From NCBI GenBank assembly GCA_973895155.1, contig OZ316893.1, forward strand, positions 9,987,660 to 10,051,659: 64,000 nt of DNA, given 5' to 3'. Both the position numbers and the translations under genes were made by a program. This DNA is from Marsupella aquatica (taxonomy: Eukaryota; Plantae; Marchantiophyta). This document shows positions 9,246 through 21,560 of this stretch, piece after piece; within the stretch, counting starts at the first letter, position 1, and the number at the start of each line of letters is the position of its first letter. The notes beneath the pieces were generated by a model. That model saw only the letters and a program-made list of their open reading frames with translations. It was not told where the DNA came from and did not search any database.

Positions 9246-12200
9246 ATGGCAGCCCCTAAACCCAACTCTGTTAAATTAATACGCAAAGTTGGGGATGACA
9301 AGGCTGATTTACCAATTTGTGTTTTGTCATTCAAAGAAGGACACACCCTACATGATTTTAGGGCTCGTATTGCCTCTACTCTAGACTTTGACTTTGATTT
9401 TTGGGATGAGAGACTTCCTGGTCGAGTGAAACTTGTACATGAGAAATTAATTGATCTGTCTGAGCTGGATGGAAGAGTTATTGTTGTACAACAAGAACTT
9501 GGAGATGGTGGGAGGATCCCACCAGTACCCTGTCATCCTTGCACTCCTGCATCATTGGGTCCAAATACTGGGACACCACAACTGGGGCCAACGGCACTAG
9601 CACCCTCCCCTGTAAGGGCTTCTTTTGAGTCACAATTGATGGGAGATGTCCCATCAAAGCTATGGAAAGATGAGTGGATGAGGTTAGAGAAATGGGTACA
9701 TAAGAAGGGTTATGGTGATCACAATTGGAGAATTCGTACCTGGGATGAGGGGACAGATGTTCGAGGGCATCTGGAGTGTCTTGAATGTAGGGAAACTTAT
9801 GGCAATGCAGACAACTCTCAGAACCCTAAATCCATCTCCAATTGCTTTAGTAATTTTAAGACCAAACACTTGGTCTTCAATAAGCACAAGGATAACTATT
9901 GTCGGAGAAGGGGCATTCCTTCTACTTTGGTTCAGGTAGCAGACATCTCTGAGAAGCCAGAATATGATCATGCAGACGCCATCAAAGTAGGTGTTGAGAT
10001 AGTTCAACGATTGAATGCTGAGCTTGGGGATGATGGCAAACTATTCTCTATTGTTCCTGATCCCAGTACTCCTGAGTATGTAAACAGGTCTTTCCTGTTT
10101 AAGGTTCGATGTACTGTCTGTGGAATGCTTCACACTGACTTGTGCCCCAAGAAGCTTACCTTGGAGCCCAATTTGAGGACACACTTAGTGAGTCGAGATC
10201 ACTTGGATGCATTGGAGACTAGGCATGACACAAAAATGCTTGCCTTGAGGTCTGGGAAGAGGGGCAGGCCAAAGAGGACTGATTCTAGGGACCTACATCC
10301 TGGTCAGAGCGGGATTTTGAAGTTCTTTAAAGATGATGGGTCCCGGACAGGCAGCAGTTCAGGTTCAGGTTCAGGTGTGTGTGAATCTGTTGATCTTGGT
10401 CTGAGTTTGCTTTGCTGGGGATTATGGGTAGAGAGAGGTGTGCCTCGACTGTTATGGAAGGGTATATCTTATGATATTTCTGGCATTTTAGATGATCAGT
10501 CTGGGGGAATTACATGGCATTGTGAGCCAAGTTGTTGCTTGGATGTTTTCCATCCAAGTAGAGAGAGTGTTGTGAGTATAGCAGGCTGTTTTAGACACAA
10601 GGATTGCTTGAGGTTATCACAGAATGGAGGAGGATTTGAAAATCTAACTTGTAGTGAATGTGATTCTATAACACTAGAAGATGATTTTCGTGGACGGGTG
10701 CACAGGGAAGCGGAAGCAGTAGTCCACAGAGGGAGCCGAACCACTGCTGGTGGTATACGTTTGGATTATTTGACCAACACAGAGTTAAGAGATCAAGTGC
10801 ACAACCTGAACTCTGTGCGACGAAAAGAGCGTTGGTTGTTAGCTTTGCAGGCTCAGAAAGTATGTGCCTTGAGCACCAGGAAACGAAAACTAGAGGAGTT
10901 GTTAGGAGTTGCAGCAGACAGGAAGGATTTGAGATTGTTTCTTAGGAGTATTTTGAATGGACACAGGAATGGTGCATTTGGTGGTAAGGAGGGTTTGTGG
11001 GATTTCTTGAAGGATGTAGCTCGCAATTTAGGCAGGAAGCCAAAAGGTAATCGTTACAGTAATAGGACTCGAGCTATTGCTCAGGCTATGTTCCAATTTG
11101 GGGGCCGTCAAGTTGCTCATTGTTTTGCACGAAACTTGACAGCCCCTAGCCTTGTGACCCTAAAACGTGATAGAGCAAAACTCACACCTTTTCGAACCGG
11201 GTTACGGAAGGAAACCTTTCAGGAGATTGCTAGAGTGTTGTCTGCTGCAAAGCACTCATTGGGCATTGAGGGGGATGTGCCTGTTATCTTTGCTGAGGAT
11301 GAAACAAGGATCAAAGAACGCCCTAGGTAATTGGAACTGGACATTTTTCCAATTGTTTTTTTAATGACTTTACAAGTAGCACTTGGCTGGAATTGCTGTG
11401 ATATTGAAAAATTGCATGTCTGTGTTTCAGGTGGGAGGCAAAGTATGATACTCTCATTGGTTTCTGTGGACCTTCAGAGCAGCATGTATGCTCCTATGGT
11501 TTGGAAATTCTAGTTGGTGAAGGTGATGAGGGGTATGATAAAATTGTAAGTACATTTGAACAATGCCCCAAGTGCATGTATGCCCGAGTTGTGATTGTGA
11601 ATCCTCTGCATGAGTCCTTACCTAAATTGGCTGTGTGTGCACTTCCAACTTGTAATAAGTTCACAGCTTCTTGGGTACGAGAGCATTGGGTCCAGTTAAA
11701 GGCTTTTTGGGATGAATATTGTAGAGCTATGGTAGGCCCTTTGCTTGGACATGCTAGTGATGGTGATGCACGTCGCCGAAAGCTGATGCTGGAAGATTAC
11801 AGAGGGCAGAATGGATCATACCCAAGGTACGGAGTTGGGTGGGAAGGGTGGACATACTCTGTTTCAATTCTACCAAATGGAGATTTGTATGGCTTTGGTG
11901 ACCAAGACCAACCTCATAATGGGAAAAAGATGATAAACCCCTTAGACAGAGTGTCTTCTTTACTGGTGCTAGGAGATCAACATGCATCTTTATCTTATGT
12001 AGCTAATGTCTACAATCATTATCCAATTCATGAACATGGCATGGCTTGGGATGATGTGAATAGGACTGACCGGCAGAATTGGGCAGGTCCACAACGAATA
12101 GCAGCAAGAAGAGTGCAGCAATGTCTGAAAGATATGTATGAGAGGAGAGATGTACAACATGAACGAAGTTTAGGAACTCAGTTGTACTTGGAGATTTGTG

Positions 12201-13822
12201 CAGATTACTTAGATATTTTCTTTTCTCCAGTTCATGATTTGAGGTCCCGTATTGTGTTAGCATCCAAGGTTTCATTCTTTCTACGTTTGTGGAGATTGTG
12301 GTTGAGGTTTGGTGACCATTCAGTGGGTGGGAACTTTGCAGCACACACTGAGAAAGACATGATGTCTATTCAGGCTTTTCATGATGTTAACATGTCATGT
12401 CATTTCATTGTGCTATTAATTTGTGCCTTTCGAGATAAGTTCCCACATCTAGGTGTTCCCTTCCACTTGCTAGGTTCAGATTGTTGTGAGATTTTCTTCA
12501 GCAAGGTAGGAGGCATGAGTGGCCATGAGCGGAATTATGATTTTGGCTCTCTATTGGATAGTGCTGTTGGACTGAACCGGCTTGCTGCCCTAGAATATGG
12601 ACCAGAAGGCTTGAAGATAGGTCGTTCACATAAGAAACAAGATCATGTATGGGGGAAGATTCATCCTATAGGGGAAGGGGAGGAAGCACCAAATCTACTT
12701 GACTATTCTCTCATTGAGACTAATGAATTAGTGGTTGCAGCCCTTAAAGAAGGTTTTGTTGCTGCTAAGGATCTTATGCATCAATTGCAGATGTCTCCAC
12801 GAAGTTCCTTACCAGCAGCTAGAAAGAGATGGTGGACATGTCCTTGGGTTGTGGAAAGTGAGACCTGGCCACTAGAGGTGGTTCTGAAGGAAGCAATTGT
12901 TTGCAATGATTCTGAGGAGCAAGTAGAGCACCAACCACCAGACATAGGTCCTCGCCCAACTGGAGATTTTCATGAATTGGAAGATCCTGAGGATGATCTG
13001 AATAGAATAGATGCATGGTTAACAGAACCAGATCCCATTGTTGTTCCTGAGATGCATTCAGATGATGTACACAGAGATGATATACAGTTTGATGTAGACC
13101 CCTCAGATGAGCTTGAGACATTAGGTCATGAAGTTCGGCATGTGTTTGGATCAGTTGTCCATGCTGTAACTAATGTACAGAATCGTACCAAGGTAGTGCC
13201 TACTGTTACTTATGAAGGCAAGGTGATTTACAAATCCACTCTGGTAAGCCAGTTGGTAGGAAATCCGCATTTGTCAAAAGATAGGCTGACAAGGGTGAAA
13301 CAAGTGCTATACTATAGTACTGGCAAGAGAAAAGTGCAAGAAGTCAATCCTAACTCATGTTTTGTTGATGTTGGCACTGATTGTGCAATTGCATTTGAGT
13401 CTGATGATAGTCCTGCTCCAAGTACTAGATCTGGAAAAAGAAAGGGAGGAAAGAATAAGGTTGTGGTGGAGGCAATCTCAGCAGGTAAGAAATATTTTTG
13501 GTTGGGTCGGATTGTCCAAATGAGACAGAAGTATGGCAGTAGGTGGGGCAATTGTCGGTCACCAATTGATTTGATGGATAGGCCAACTCCACTTGCAGGG
13601 CAATCAGGTAACATTTGTGAACTGTTGTTAAATTGGTATAGTCCTATTGGTAAGAGCAAAAGTGAATTCAGATATGATACCACTGATTTGAAATGGATGG
13701 ATATTGAAATGGTCATTGCTAGTGTTAGTTTAACCATGAAAGAAGGGGTTATGGATCGTATCTATGTGTTGGATCCAATAGATAGACGTGCTTTGGATCA
13801 GTATCTTCAAACAATGGTATGA
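9246..13822 (+). CDS. Intact two-exon transposase (~1490 aa), P-element-superfamily-like DDE
   Basis: Exons 9246-11326 and 11431-13822 join in frame across a GT-AG intron (11327-11430): RIKERPR|WEAKYDTLIGFCG. Motifs include LTAPSLVTLKR (P-type HTH), FAEDET (D1), ASDGD (D2), DQPHNGKK (D(2)H) and LLGSDCCEIFFS (E). The N-terminus has two CxxC...H..H zinc-finger-like motifs and an AT-hook KRGRPKR. No internal stops. Confidence 0.85.
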
Positions 13823-14469
13823 ATATCATGTTACTGTTTAGTTTTTGAGAGTCTGTATATATGTTTTATTTTGTTGTTTAGTTTTTGAGAGTCTGTATAT
13901 ATGTTTTATTTTGTTAATATTAGTGGGTGTAGTGGGATAGGATAGGGGGTGACGGATTGGCAACTTGAGATCCTTTCTCAATTAGGGGTTCAATTCCCCT
14001 CCGTCACATGTTACATCTCTCAACATAAGTTTTAAATGGAGTATGGATGGAGCATGGGATTGGTGATCAATGGGTGGAATGGATTATTTATGTTGTGACC
14101 TTAAAGGCCATCCCACTTATGCACGTAAGGTTTATATTGGGATGACCTTTTAGGTACACAATATAAATGATGCATTGAAATGATCAAAGTTTAAGGTCGA
14201 CAAAGGTGCAAGAACTGTTGCAGGGCGTGCCATGTCTGACATACGACTTCACAAGGTACTGACATAGACTTATCTTTTCTTTCTAGGCATTTTATATTGA
14301 TATGTGACACTTTACTTCACAAATTATAGGGGCAATACAATTTGGATTTTAGACTCTTAGAAGAAAGAAAGAGGGAGGAAAAAAAAATTTCAACTTAATA
14401 AGTATGGGGGTCTAGGCATGAAAACGTCGCAGGTGATGGGGGGGTCCTCCATATAGTGAGACCCCCGAG

Positions 14470-15065
14470 GTTGTCGACTATTGTGCTTATCTTCCTCATA
14501 AAATGTGGTCCACTCCCCAACAACCTCTGGAGAGTTATACAACATGAATGCAGTGATTTTAGTGTGCTCACTAGGGTCAAGAAGCCGTTCTCCCTTTGCA
14601 CTTGTCAAACGGTCATCCTCATAGTCTGCTTCTCTTGATGCCTCATCTATCCACCCCCTTGGAGCATTTAAATCAAGTGTAGCAATAATATTTGTACAAT
14701 AAAACATGCTCTCTGCTCCAAGATGACGCTCAACAATGCTACCTTCCACCCTTGCGCGATTTGAAACAGAGGACTTCATCACTCCCATGTACCGCTCTAC
14801 CCAGTACATCCAACGACAATGTACAGGGCTTGCATACCAACCTCACGCACTAGATGTAGTAGAAAATGAACCTGACCATCAAAAAATGAAGGAGGAAGGG
14901 CCCTTTCAAGTTTGCACACAACCTCCACTCCAAACACCTCCATTGCTGCAACCTCTGAATCCTCGTTCACCTCCTTTTGACACACCCATCTCAACAACTT
15001 ACCCAACGACCAAAGGGCATCACGAAGATCCTCACTACCCAATCCAATAATAGCAACTGGAATAA
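14470..15065 (-). pseudogene. CACTA TnpD middle segment (DUF4218-like)
   Basis: VIPVAIIGL...CKLERALPPSFFDGQVHFLLHLVREV...MYWVERYMGVMKSSVSNRARVEGSI. It continues in frame into the 4093-4754 segment once the 4755-14469 element is removed. Confidence 0.9.
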
Positions 15066-17223
15066 CATTTTGCCTTGCGAGCAGGCCATACATTGTGTCT
15101 TCCTGGCATTGGGTTTGGCCATCTTGGGGATTCCTGTGGAGTCTCTGATAATTCTGCTGTACATGTTAGTTCCAGGGTGACCGAGTTTGCAATGCCAAGT
15201 ATGTGTTATGTCGGATGTGTTTTGTTCGATGTGGTATGCTTGGATCGATAGGAGCTGCATATAGGCCAGGTGGTATTAAGGGTAATATCTCCAAAATTTG
15301 TGGTATGCCTTCCTTGTCTTGGAGTATTTGTAGGGTTTCGGTTTCACCTTGTTTTTCTGTTCTCAATTGATATTGATTAGCGCGTATGTCTTGGAAGCTG
15401 ATCAGGTTTCGTGTAGCTGTTGGGGCATATATTGCAGCTGCTATATCTATTTTGGTTCCTCCTGGGAGTAGAATTGTTGCTTTGCCTTTGCCTTCTTCGA
15501 TTTGGTTGGGTCCGGCGATTGTAGTCAGTGTTCTCGAGGATGGGGTGATATATTCGAAGTATTTATTATGTTTCAGTATCGTATGTGAGGTTCCGCTGTC
15601 GATGATGCCTATATTGAGGTCATTCAATGGTGTGTGCTGCAGGTTTGGTGTGGCTGTATGTGTTTCTATTTGAACTTCGGTTTCTTTGTATGCTGCGATG
15701 TCCTCTTCGATTTCCATGTAGTTGCCTTGTGGAGTGTGTCTCGTTTGGTTTCTTTCATTAGTATATCGTTGTGCCTCCTGGTCTGATGCTTTGCAGTCTT
15801 TCCTAATGTGGCCTATCTTGCCGCATCTATAACATAGTTTTTGATGGTTGCTTGTGGTCTTGTTTTGGAGGTTTCACCATCTGCCCCTGCCTGAGTTTGG
15901 TCCGCGTTTCCATGTGTTGCGAGGTGGTAGGAACGTACAACTGCTCGACGGGTGGTATCGTCCTTATCCCCTGAATTTTCCTCTTCCTCCCCTATATGTT
16001 GTTCGGCCTCCATTGTTTCCTCGTCTGTCGTCGTTATAGCTGCCGTAATTTGCTTCTGGCCGTTGGGGTGGTGGATCAGATCCTGCTGGTCTTTTTCTTG
16101 CATTATGAAGTGCTACGATTTGTTGTTTCTCTTCCACTAATAAGTGGGCTATAAGGTCCGAATAAGTCATAAAATTCATATTTTGGTATTGGGTTCCCAG
16201 TGCTATGTTGGCTTCTGGGAATGTTGACAATGTTTTGTCAATTCGGTCGTTATCGTTTACTGGGTGGCAACACATTTCAAGTTGAGATGTAATTCTAAAT
16301 AATGCGCTGTTATAGTTTGCGATTGATGTGTGGTCCATGACTCGCAGGTTATGCCAGTCCCTTCGTGCTTCGGGGAGCCATATTTCTCTCATATGATCAA
16401 ATCTTGATTTGAGTTGGTCCCATAGCTTTCGTGGGTTTACCTTATTCATATATTCATTCTTCAGTTGTGGTGATAGGTGTTGTCTCAACAGGAATGCAGC
16501 TTTAGCTTTCTGTTTCAGAGTTAGATTTGCATCTGTATATAGTGTGTCGTCCAACTCTTGGGATGCGAAATATGTTTCGACATCTGTTATCCATGTCAAA
16601 TAATTTGAACCATCGACTTTTAGTGCCGGCCAGAGCAGTTTCTCGACTGTATTCATCGTCGATTATATATTGGAGGTCGACTTGATGTCTTCTATAATTG
16701 TAATATTTCGCACGTTGTTGGTTGCGGATCGGAATTTGATTTAATTTTGTCTCTGTCTTGTCTCAATCGTGTTTGAACTTGGCATTCACTTCGGATTTCT
16801 ATTGGGTCTTTGATGTGCGAAAGAAAGGGATAAAAGAAATGGAGACTATGCGTCTAAGAGATTGACTACTATGAGTAGGTAAAAAAAAATTCTGGAATCT
16901 GCTCGGTGGGTCAAGATTGGGTGGAAGTTTTGGAAGGTGATCGGGGGCTATGGCGAGTAAAAAAAAACGGTTGGGGCAGTTATTTTTGAAAAAAGTGAAC
17001 CATGAAATGATATTATCCTCGTTGAAACATCGAGGCATGTATTCTATATTTTTGGTGTGTAGAGCATACTCGTGCTGATAACGTGTTGTGAGACAAGGTT
17101 TTTCATCATAGTAATAGATACTTCACTCCATTAAGGTATGGCTTTATATAGCCATTGGGTTACATCATGTAAGGTTCAAGGTAACCTTATTCTAGGGTTA
17201 AGGGTAAACTATGGTTTACAACA
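15066..17223 (-). mobile_element. Bianca-lineage Ty1/copia, 5' half (LTR, PBS, gag, protease, GAG-pre-integrase)
   Basis: gag LKVDGSNYLTW...KAKAAFLLRQHL, protease IIDSGTSHTIL, and WHCKLGHPG...CMACSQGK. PBS-like CGTTATCAGCACGAG sits next to a short LTR. The sequence breaks off at CSQGKML. Confidence 0.85.
17084..17223 (-). repeat. 5' LTR (~140 bp) of the Bianca element
   Basis: TGTTGTGA...TTACAACA inverted termini, TATA-like CTATATAAA on the minus strand, adjacent to the PBS at 17070-17083. Confidence 0.65.
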
Positions 17224-17785
17224 ATATCAAGATATATTCTCTATTTATATTCTTTGAAAGTTAATAAAATAATAATAAAACACATCATTTCAATAGTCAT
17301 ATATAATATATCATTGATTTCTCTTTTGTATGCACATTTGCACATATGTTTGTGATGAGGCCATAGTGCACATTTTTTGAATGTAAATACATAAAAATTA
17401 TAAAAAAAAATTACATATACTAGTTTACATACATCATAGTCATAAGTTTTTCATATACACATGAATCTTTTAATGCACATGAATTTTTCCATGCACATGA
17501 TGACCATGCAATTATAATCTAGAGGCTTCACCGTAGACCTAGGCTCTTGTAGTAATATTGTATTGGACAGTCCGGGCCCTATTGAGCACGTGATTTGTGA
17601 TTGTATCCATGGTTACACCATTTCCAACATGTTGTGAAATGCACTTTTGATTCACACATGATGGTTTGAGCATGTTTTTAATTTTATTCAGGTGCTGGTT
17701 TGAGAACCTGGCTTCTGTTCCTTCCGGAAAAGTTCTTTCAGCTTCGTATATCAAGTCCAGGCCCCTTTCCGCTTGGGTCTACCTT

Positions 17786-17970
17786 ACCTGTGCCTCTTGG
17801 ACCAACCCAGTTTTGGGTGTGGGCAGTTTTGTGTGTGGACATCTCTGGACACAGAGGGAGTCCATATGCTTTGGTGTCACCTGTGCCTCTTGGGCCAACC
17901 CAGTTTTGGGCCAACCCAGTTTTGTGTGTGGGCATCTGTGGACACAGACGGAATCCATATGCTTTGGTGT
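17786..17970. repeat. Two-copy 93-bp tandem duplication
   Basis: ACCTGTGCCTCTTGG..CAACCCAGTTTTGGG...TCCATATGCTTTGGTGT starts at 17786 and again at 17879. Confidence 0.85.
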
Positions 17971-20949
17971 GGTCAGGGGAGTCAAGGTACCTCGTACTGA
18001 TAGAACAGCAACATGTGCTGCCTCCCGGGATGGGTTTCCTGACCGGTCCAATCTCGGGCAGTCATTCAGGACTTCGGGGATGTGATTGTCGCTAGCTGAC
18101 CCTCATTTTGAAGAGAAGAGTTCAATTCTAAGCTCGATGCATTGCAACAACCAATTCGTGTCTACACTTTCTCTGCAATCCGCACTGGGAGACTGGGATG
18201 TCGGCACCCTCTTTTGCTTGCAATAGTCAATCTGTTTACTTGTCTTCTAAGTTATGTAAGGAATCTGTCTCCGCTTTGTCATTCTCCCCGTTCTACTATT
18301 TGTTCAGGATCGCTCCCCACTGAGAGTAACGTACGAGCTGAGCAATGGAATCGGAGATCTCACGATGCAACGAAGACTCTTCTGCACCTGAATAGGTCAG
18401 AGTCCTCCAAGAACATTGGCCTGTGGTTAGAAGCGGAGTTACAAATCGCTCTTCACCCTGGAAGAATTTCCAGAACTCTGTTGAACATTCGAGGCAACAT
18501 TACAAACAGCAATCACGAGATTAAGCTGAAACAGACGATGGATGCACATTACGCCTGCCGCTACAATTATAATTTTTCACCAGTCAGCGGAAAGTGTATC
18601 GCAACGGTGTGTATGCGTCTTGCTGATTCTTCGGATTGGCCATCGCAAATCACGAGGATCGAATATCTTTTGAGTGATCGAAGGACTTTCAATCTGTGGA
18701 ATTTTTCCGACATTATAAATATATAACTTCGCGTCGATAAAAGCCAGATTGAAATCCAAACTGATCTCTTTAAGTATGTTGTGAGATTTGGAAACGGGAC
18801 GCGTTTGGATTGGGTAAAGAAAGGCACATGAACATCTAGACGGACAAAGTCGATCGACGACGTTCATTCCGATGGTGGTTCTAATAGAAACTGTGTCAAT
18901 AAAATCTCATATTCCCAATTAGGATAATGCGCTCGTCTGTGTGTCAATTAATTAACGAATCGTGAGATTCCTTTTATTTCAATTCAAACACTCGTGGATT
19001 CAGCTGTCCGAGCTCTACAATTAAAGCAAAGTAAAATAATTGTCGATCATACTATTATGTCGCCGCATGGAGAAATTGTTCCTCCATCAAGAAATTCCGT
19101 TGCGTGAAGTTTATGCAGGAGGCAGAGTTCATTGTCAGGGATTGAACTGTCTTCGTAACAAAAGCATGGGATCACCATGGAGACTAATAAATGTCGCTTA
19201 CAAGTTTCAGACCAAGACGAAATCTAAAGTAACACCTGCTTCTGGGCATGGGCGGGGGCATCGGACAATTACGTGGGACCGCCAATCAGGTTGCCATCAG
19301 AGACAAACATTTGTGTTCAAATCCGTTCTAATCCAAGAAATGCTCGAGACTAGATTCTTCTCGGGTAACGGCACATTCAAAAACCTTAGTTTCCCATCAT
19401 TCGACCGTCATGCGTTGCCATCAGTATATATCTGCTGATTGTGTTTCACATGGTCAATAAATCTAACACGAAGGATGTTGTGAAATTTGTCAGGCAGATG
19501 ACCGGGTCGTGCAAGCGACATCCTTGGAATCTCCACGAGTGTCGAGCAGTTTCGGGATCTGGGTCTCGCTGGCTTCTTTCCAAACGGCGGCCCCCAAATG
19601 CTCTCTCTCGCCACAATTGAGCTTAGCTTGTTCCCGACTTGTAGGTAAATCACTGCTTTGAGCTGTGAGATCCACTTGTATATATTGTGGACCTTGGAGA
19701 TCATGTTGATTGTCCCGCTCACGGTCGGAGATGCATTCATAAACTCACGTCGTTCTATGATTTGCACTCAGGGACCGTAATTGGATGAAAAACATCGACA
19801 TGTATCAATCCAATCAGAGTCGAAAGGAGCCATTTCCAAACGAAGGATCTCTCTATCACTGACTTGGACGAAGAGAGATCTCATCATACCCGGTATATGA
19901 GGTGCGAGAATGTCGCCTCTAGCAAATGGTGCAGTCCATACTCATGGCAGCACGGGCGTCTGTGTCCGTTTCCATCAGGTGGGTCTTCGCGTACTGCAGG
20001 AGGCTTGTAGTATGATCTGCCTGTCTCCGGATACCGACTGAGAAATCGCATTGTCATTGCCAGAGACAACACACTCACCTCCTTTCCAAAACGCTTCACG
20101 AACTCCGCTGCAACCATTGGTAACGACCAATTCAACCCTACCTAGCTGTGATCTGCAACAAAACTCGCCTGCAGTGGGCCGGTCTGCTTGTGAGCTTGTG
20201 TATTTATCAGTGTGATTGATTGTCCACTTAAACCTCTCTGTTCACCACAAACGACATCATTCTCCTCTCGAAGCTACAGTCGACAGACTAATGGAAGACT
20301 TCCTGAGCAGTCAGAAGGCCACGAGACAAACACTGGCGAACAAACAGCAGCCTGAGTGGGTTGCTCGACTTAGAGAGGCCCGATGAGCTTGCCTGGTGAG
20401 CGAGCTTGGTCGTTTTCGACCGACTGAACTGCAATACATACTGCACTGACTCCATGGAGATCAGAACTTTAAATCGTCGCGAAATTGTCGACCCCAAAGG
20501 TCAGCTGTGTCCCCACCAAATACCTCGAAAACCACGCGTTATTATGATGTCGTCAGACCGCGTTCTCATGCTTTCGTCAAAGTTGTCCTCGGCTACGCGT
20601 CCCTGAATTGTTTGTTCGCATTGGGAAGAGTCAGGACTCCCTTTTGTTCGCAGCCTTGGGAAGAGTCAGGACTCCCTCCGATGGTGTTTCTTGTCACTTT
20701 CGTCCGCCGTATTTAGTGTCCCTATGGTTTGCCCTTGATTTTAAAACTAAAGCCCAGATGGGACTGGAAAAGGTGTGATGGACTTGCTCCGATAACAATT
20801 TTTTAGACTTTTGAGTATCACAGCAAACAACATGGTCATGCAACATGGTCATGCCTCACGTTCTTGCTTGGTCAGATCATGTTCGTCATGCTCTTGCTTG
20901 TCATGCTTTATTCTGCAATAATATAATAATAGAGAACCCCGGTTTGAAG

Positions 20950-21370
20950 TGTTGAGCATAGACGACGATCGCAACGGCAAGCCCATGAACCATCCAACGC
21001 ACAATAGTCGACATAAGAGATACGTGGTTCACCTCCTTGAGGCTACATCCACGGGAACACACAAGAGAGCTTTACTGAACTCTAAGCCCGTCGGCTATAC
21101 CGAGTCTCCACAGTGTAAGCTCTCCTTATCTCTCAAGTGGCTCCATAACAATGAGCCTTGGTTCTACCTCTCCAAGCACACATGCCTCTTATGATATAGT
21201 GTGCAACTTAGTTGTATCTAACCACATAGTTGTACCTAATCACGTAGTTGTACCTAACCACATAGTTGTACCTAATCACGTAGTTGTACCTAACCACGTA
21301 GTTGTACTAACCCACGTTGTTGTACCAACCACGTCATACCTAACCTAGACGTAAGAGTAAATACCCAACA
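20950..21370 (-). repeat. 3' LTR of the copia element
   Basis: About 6 substitutions versus the 27026-27446 LTR, counted by eye. It contains an internal 18-bp tandem GTAGTTGTACCTAAYCAC. Confidence 0.95.
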
Positions 21371-21560
21371 ATCTTCCCCTTGACTCTGGTCTAGGGGAGA
21401 GTAATACTGCCAATGTTTATGATCCCTCAGCGGGAAGTTTTGGACAAAAACCAAACCGATTTCCCTCTCTAACTAGAGCAAACCAGAACTAAGCCGTAGC
21501 CTAATACATAGGAATGAGGAAGAGCATATATCAGTAATTACAATGAATGTTAAGAAAAAT

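Larger units (their letters stand above)
4755..14469 (+). mobile_element. 9715-bp TIR DNA transposon, P-element-superfamily-like, carrying PHD-finger and MYB cargo
   Basis: Perfect 15-bp TIR CTCGGGGGTCTCACT (4755-4769) / AGTGAGACCCCCGAG (14455-14469). Perfect 8-bp TSD GTTGTCGA (4747-4754 and 14470-14477); a 14-bp TIR with 10-bp TSD is an alternative parse. Excision restores the host TnpD frame EEDKHNSRQPR-LFPKFHMYMKG. Confidence 0.92.
3259..15065 (-). mobile_element. CACTA/EnSpm element, 3' part (terminus plus C-terminal TnpD), interrupted by the 4755-14469 element and cut by the inversion breakpoint
   Basis: Terminus CACTGGTACATATTTTGGGTTTTTCCGATGCTC at 3259 resembles the reverse complement of the 41122 CACTA end. 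TCCGAT/ATCGGA subterminal motifs occur at 3280-3780. TnpD pieces lie on the minus strand. Confidence 0.8.

Noticed and set aside
4755-14469. hAT assignment for the 8-bp-TSD element
   Set aside because: The transposase lacks hAT hallmarks (DxW, CxxH, WW and SxxxER dimerisation motifs) that are visible in the real hAT at 32696-35347; its motifs fit P-type better.
18100-20750. Coding-like composition with several 60-190 aa ORFs
   Set aside because: No recognisable motif or consistent frame. It may be a decayed gene but cannot be supported without a search.
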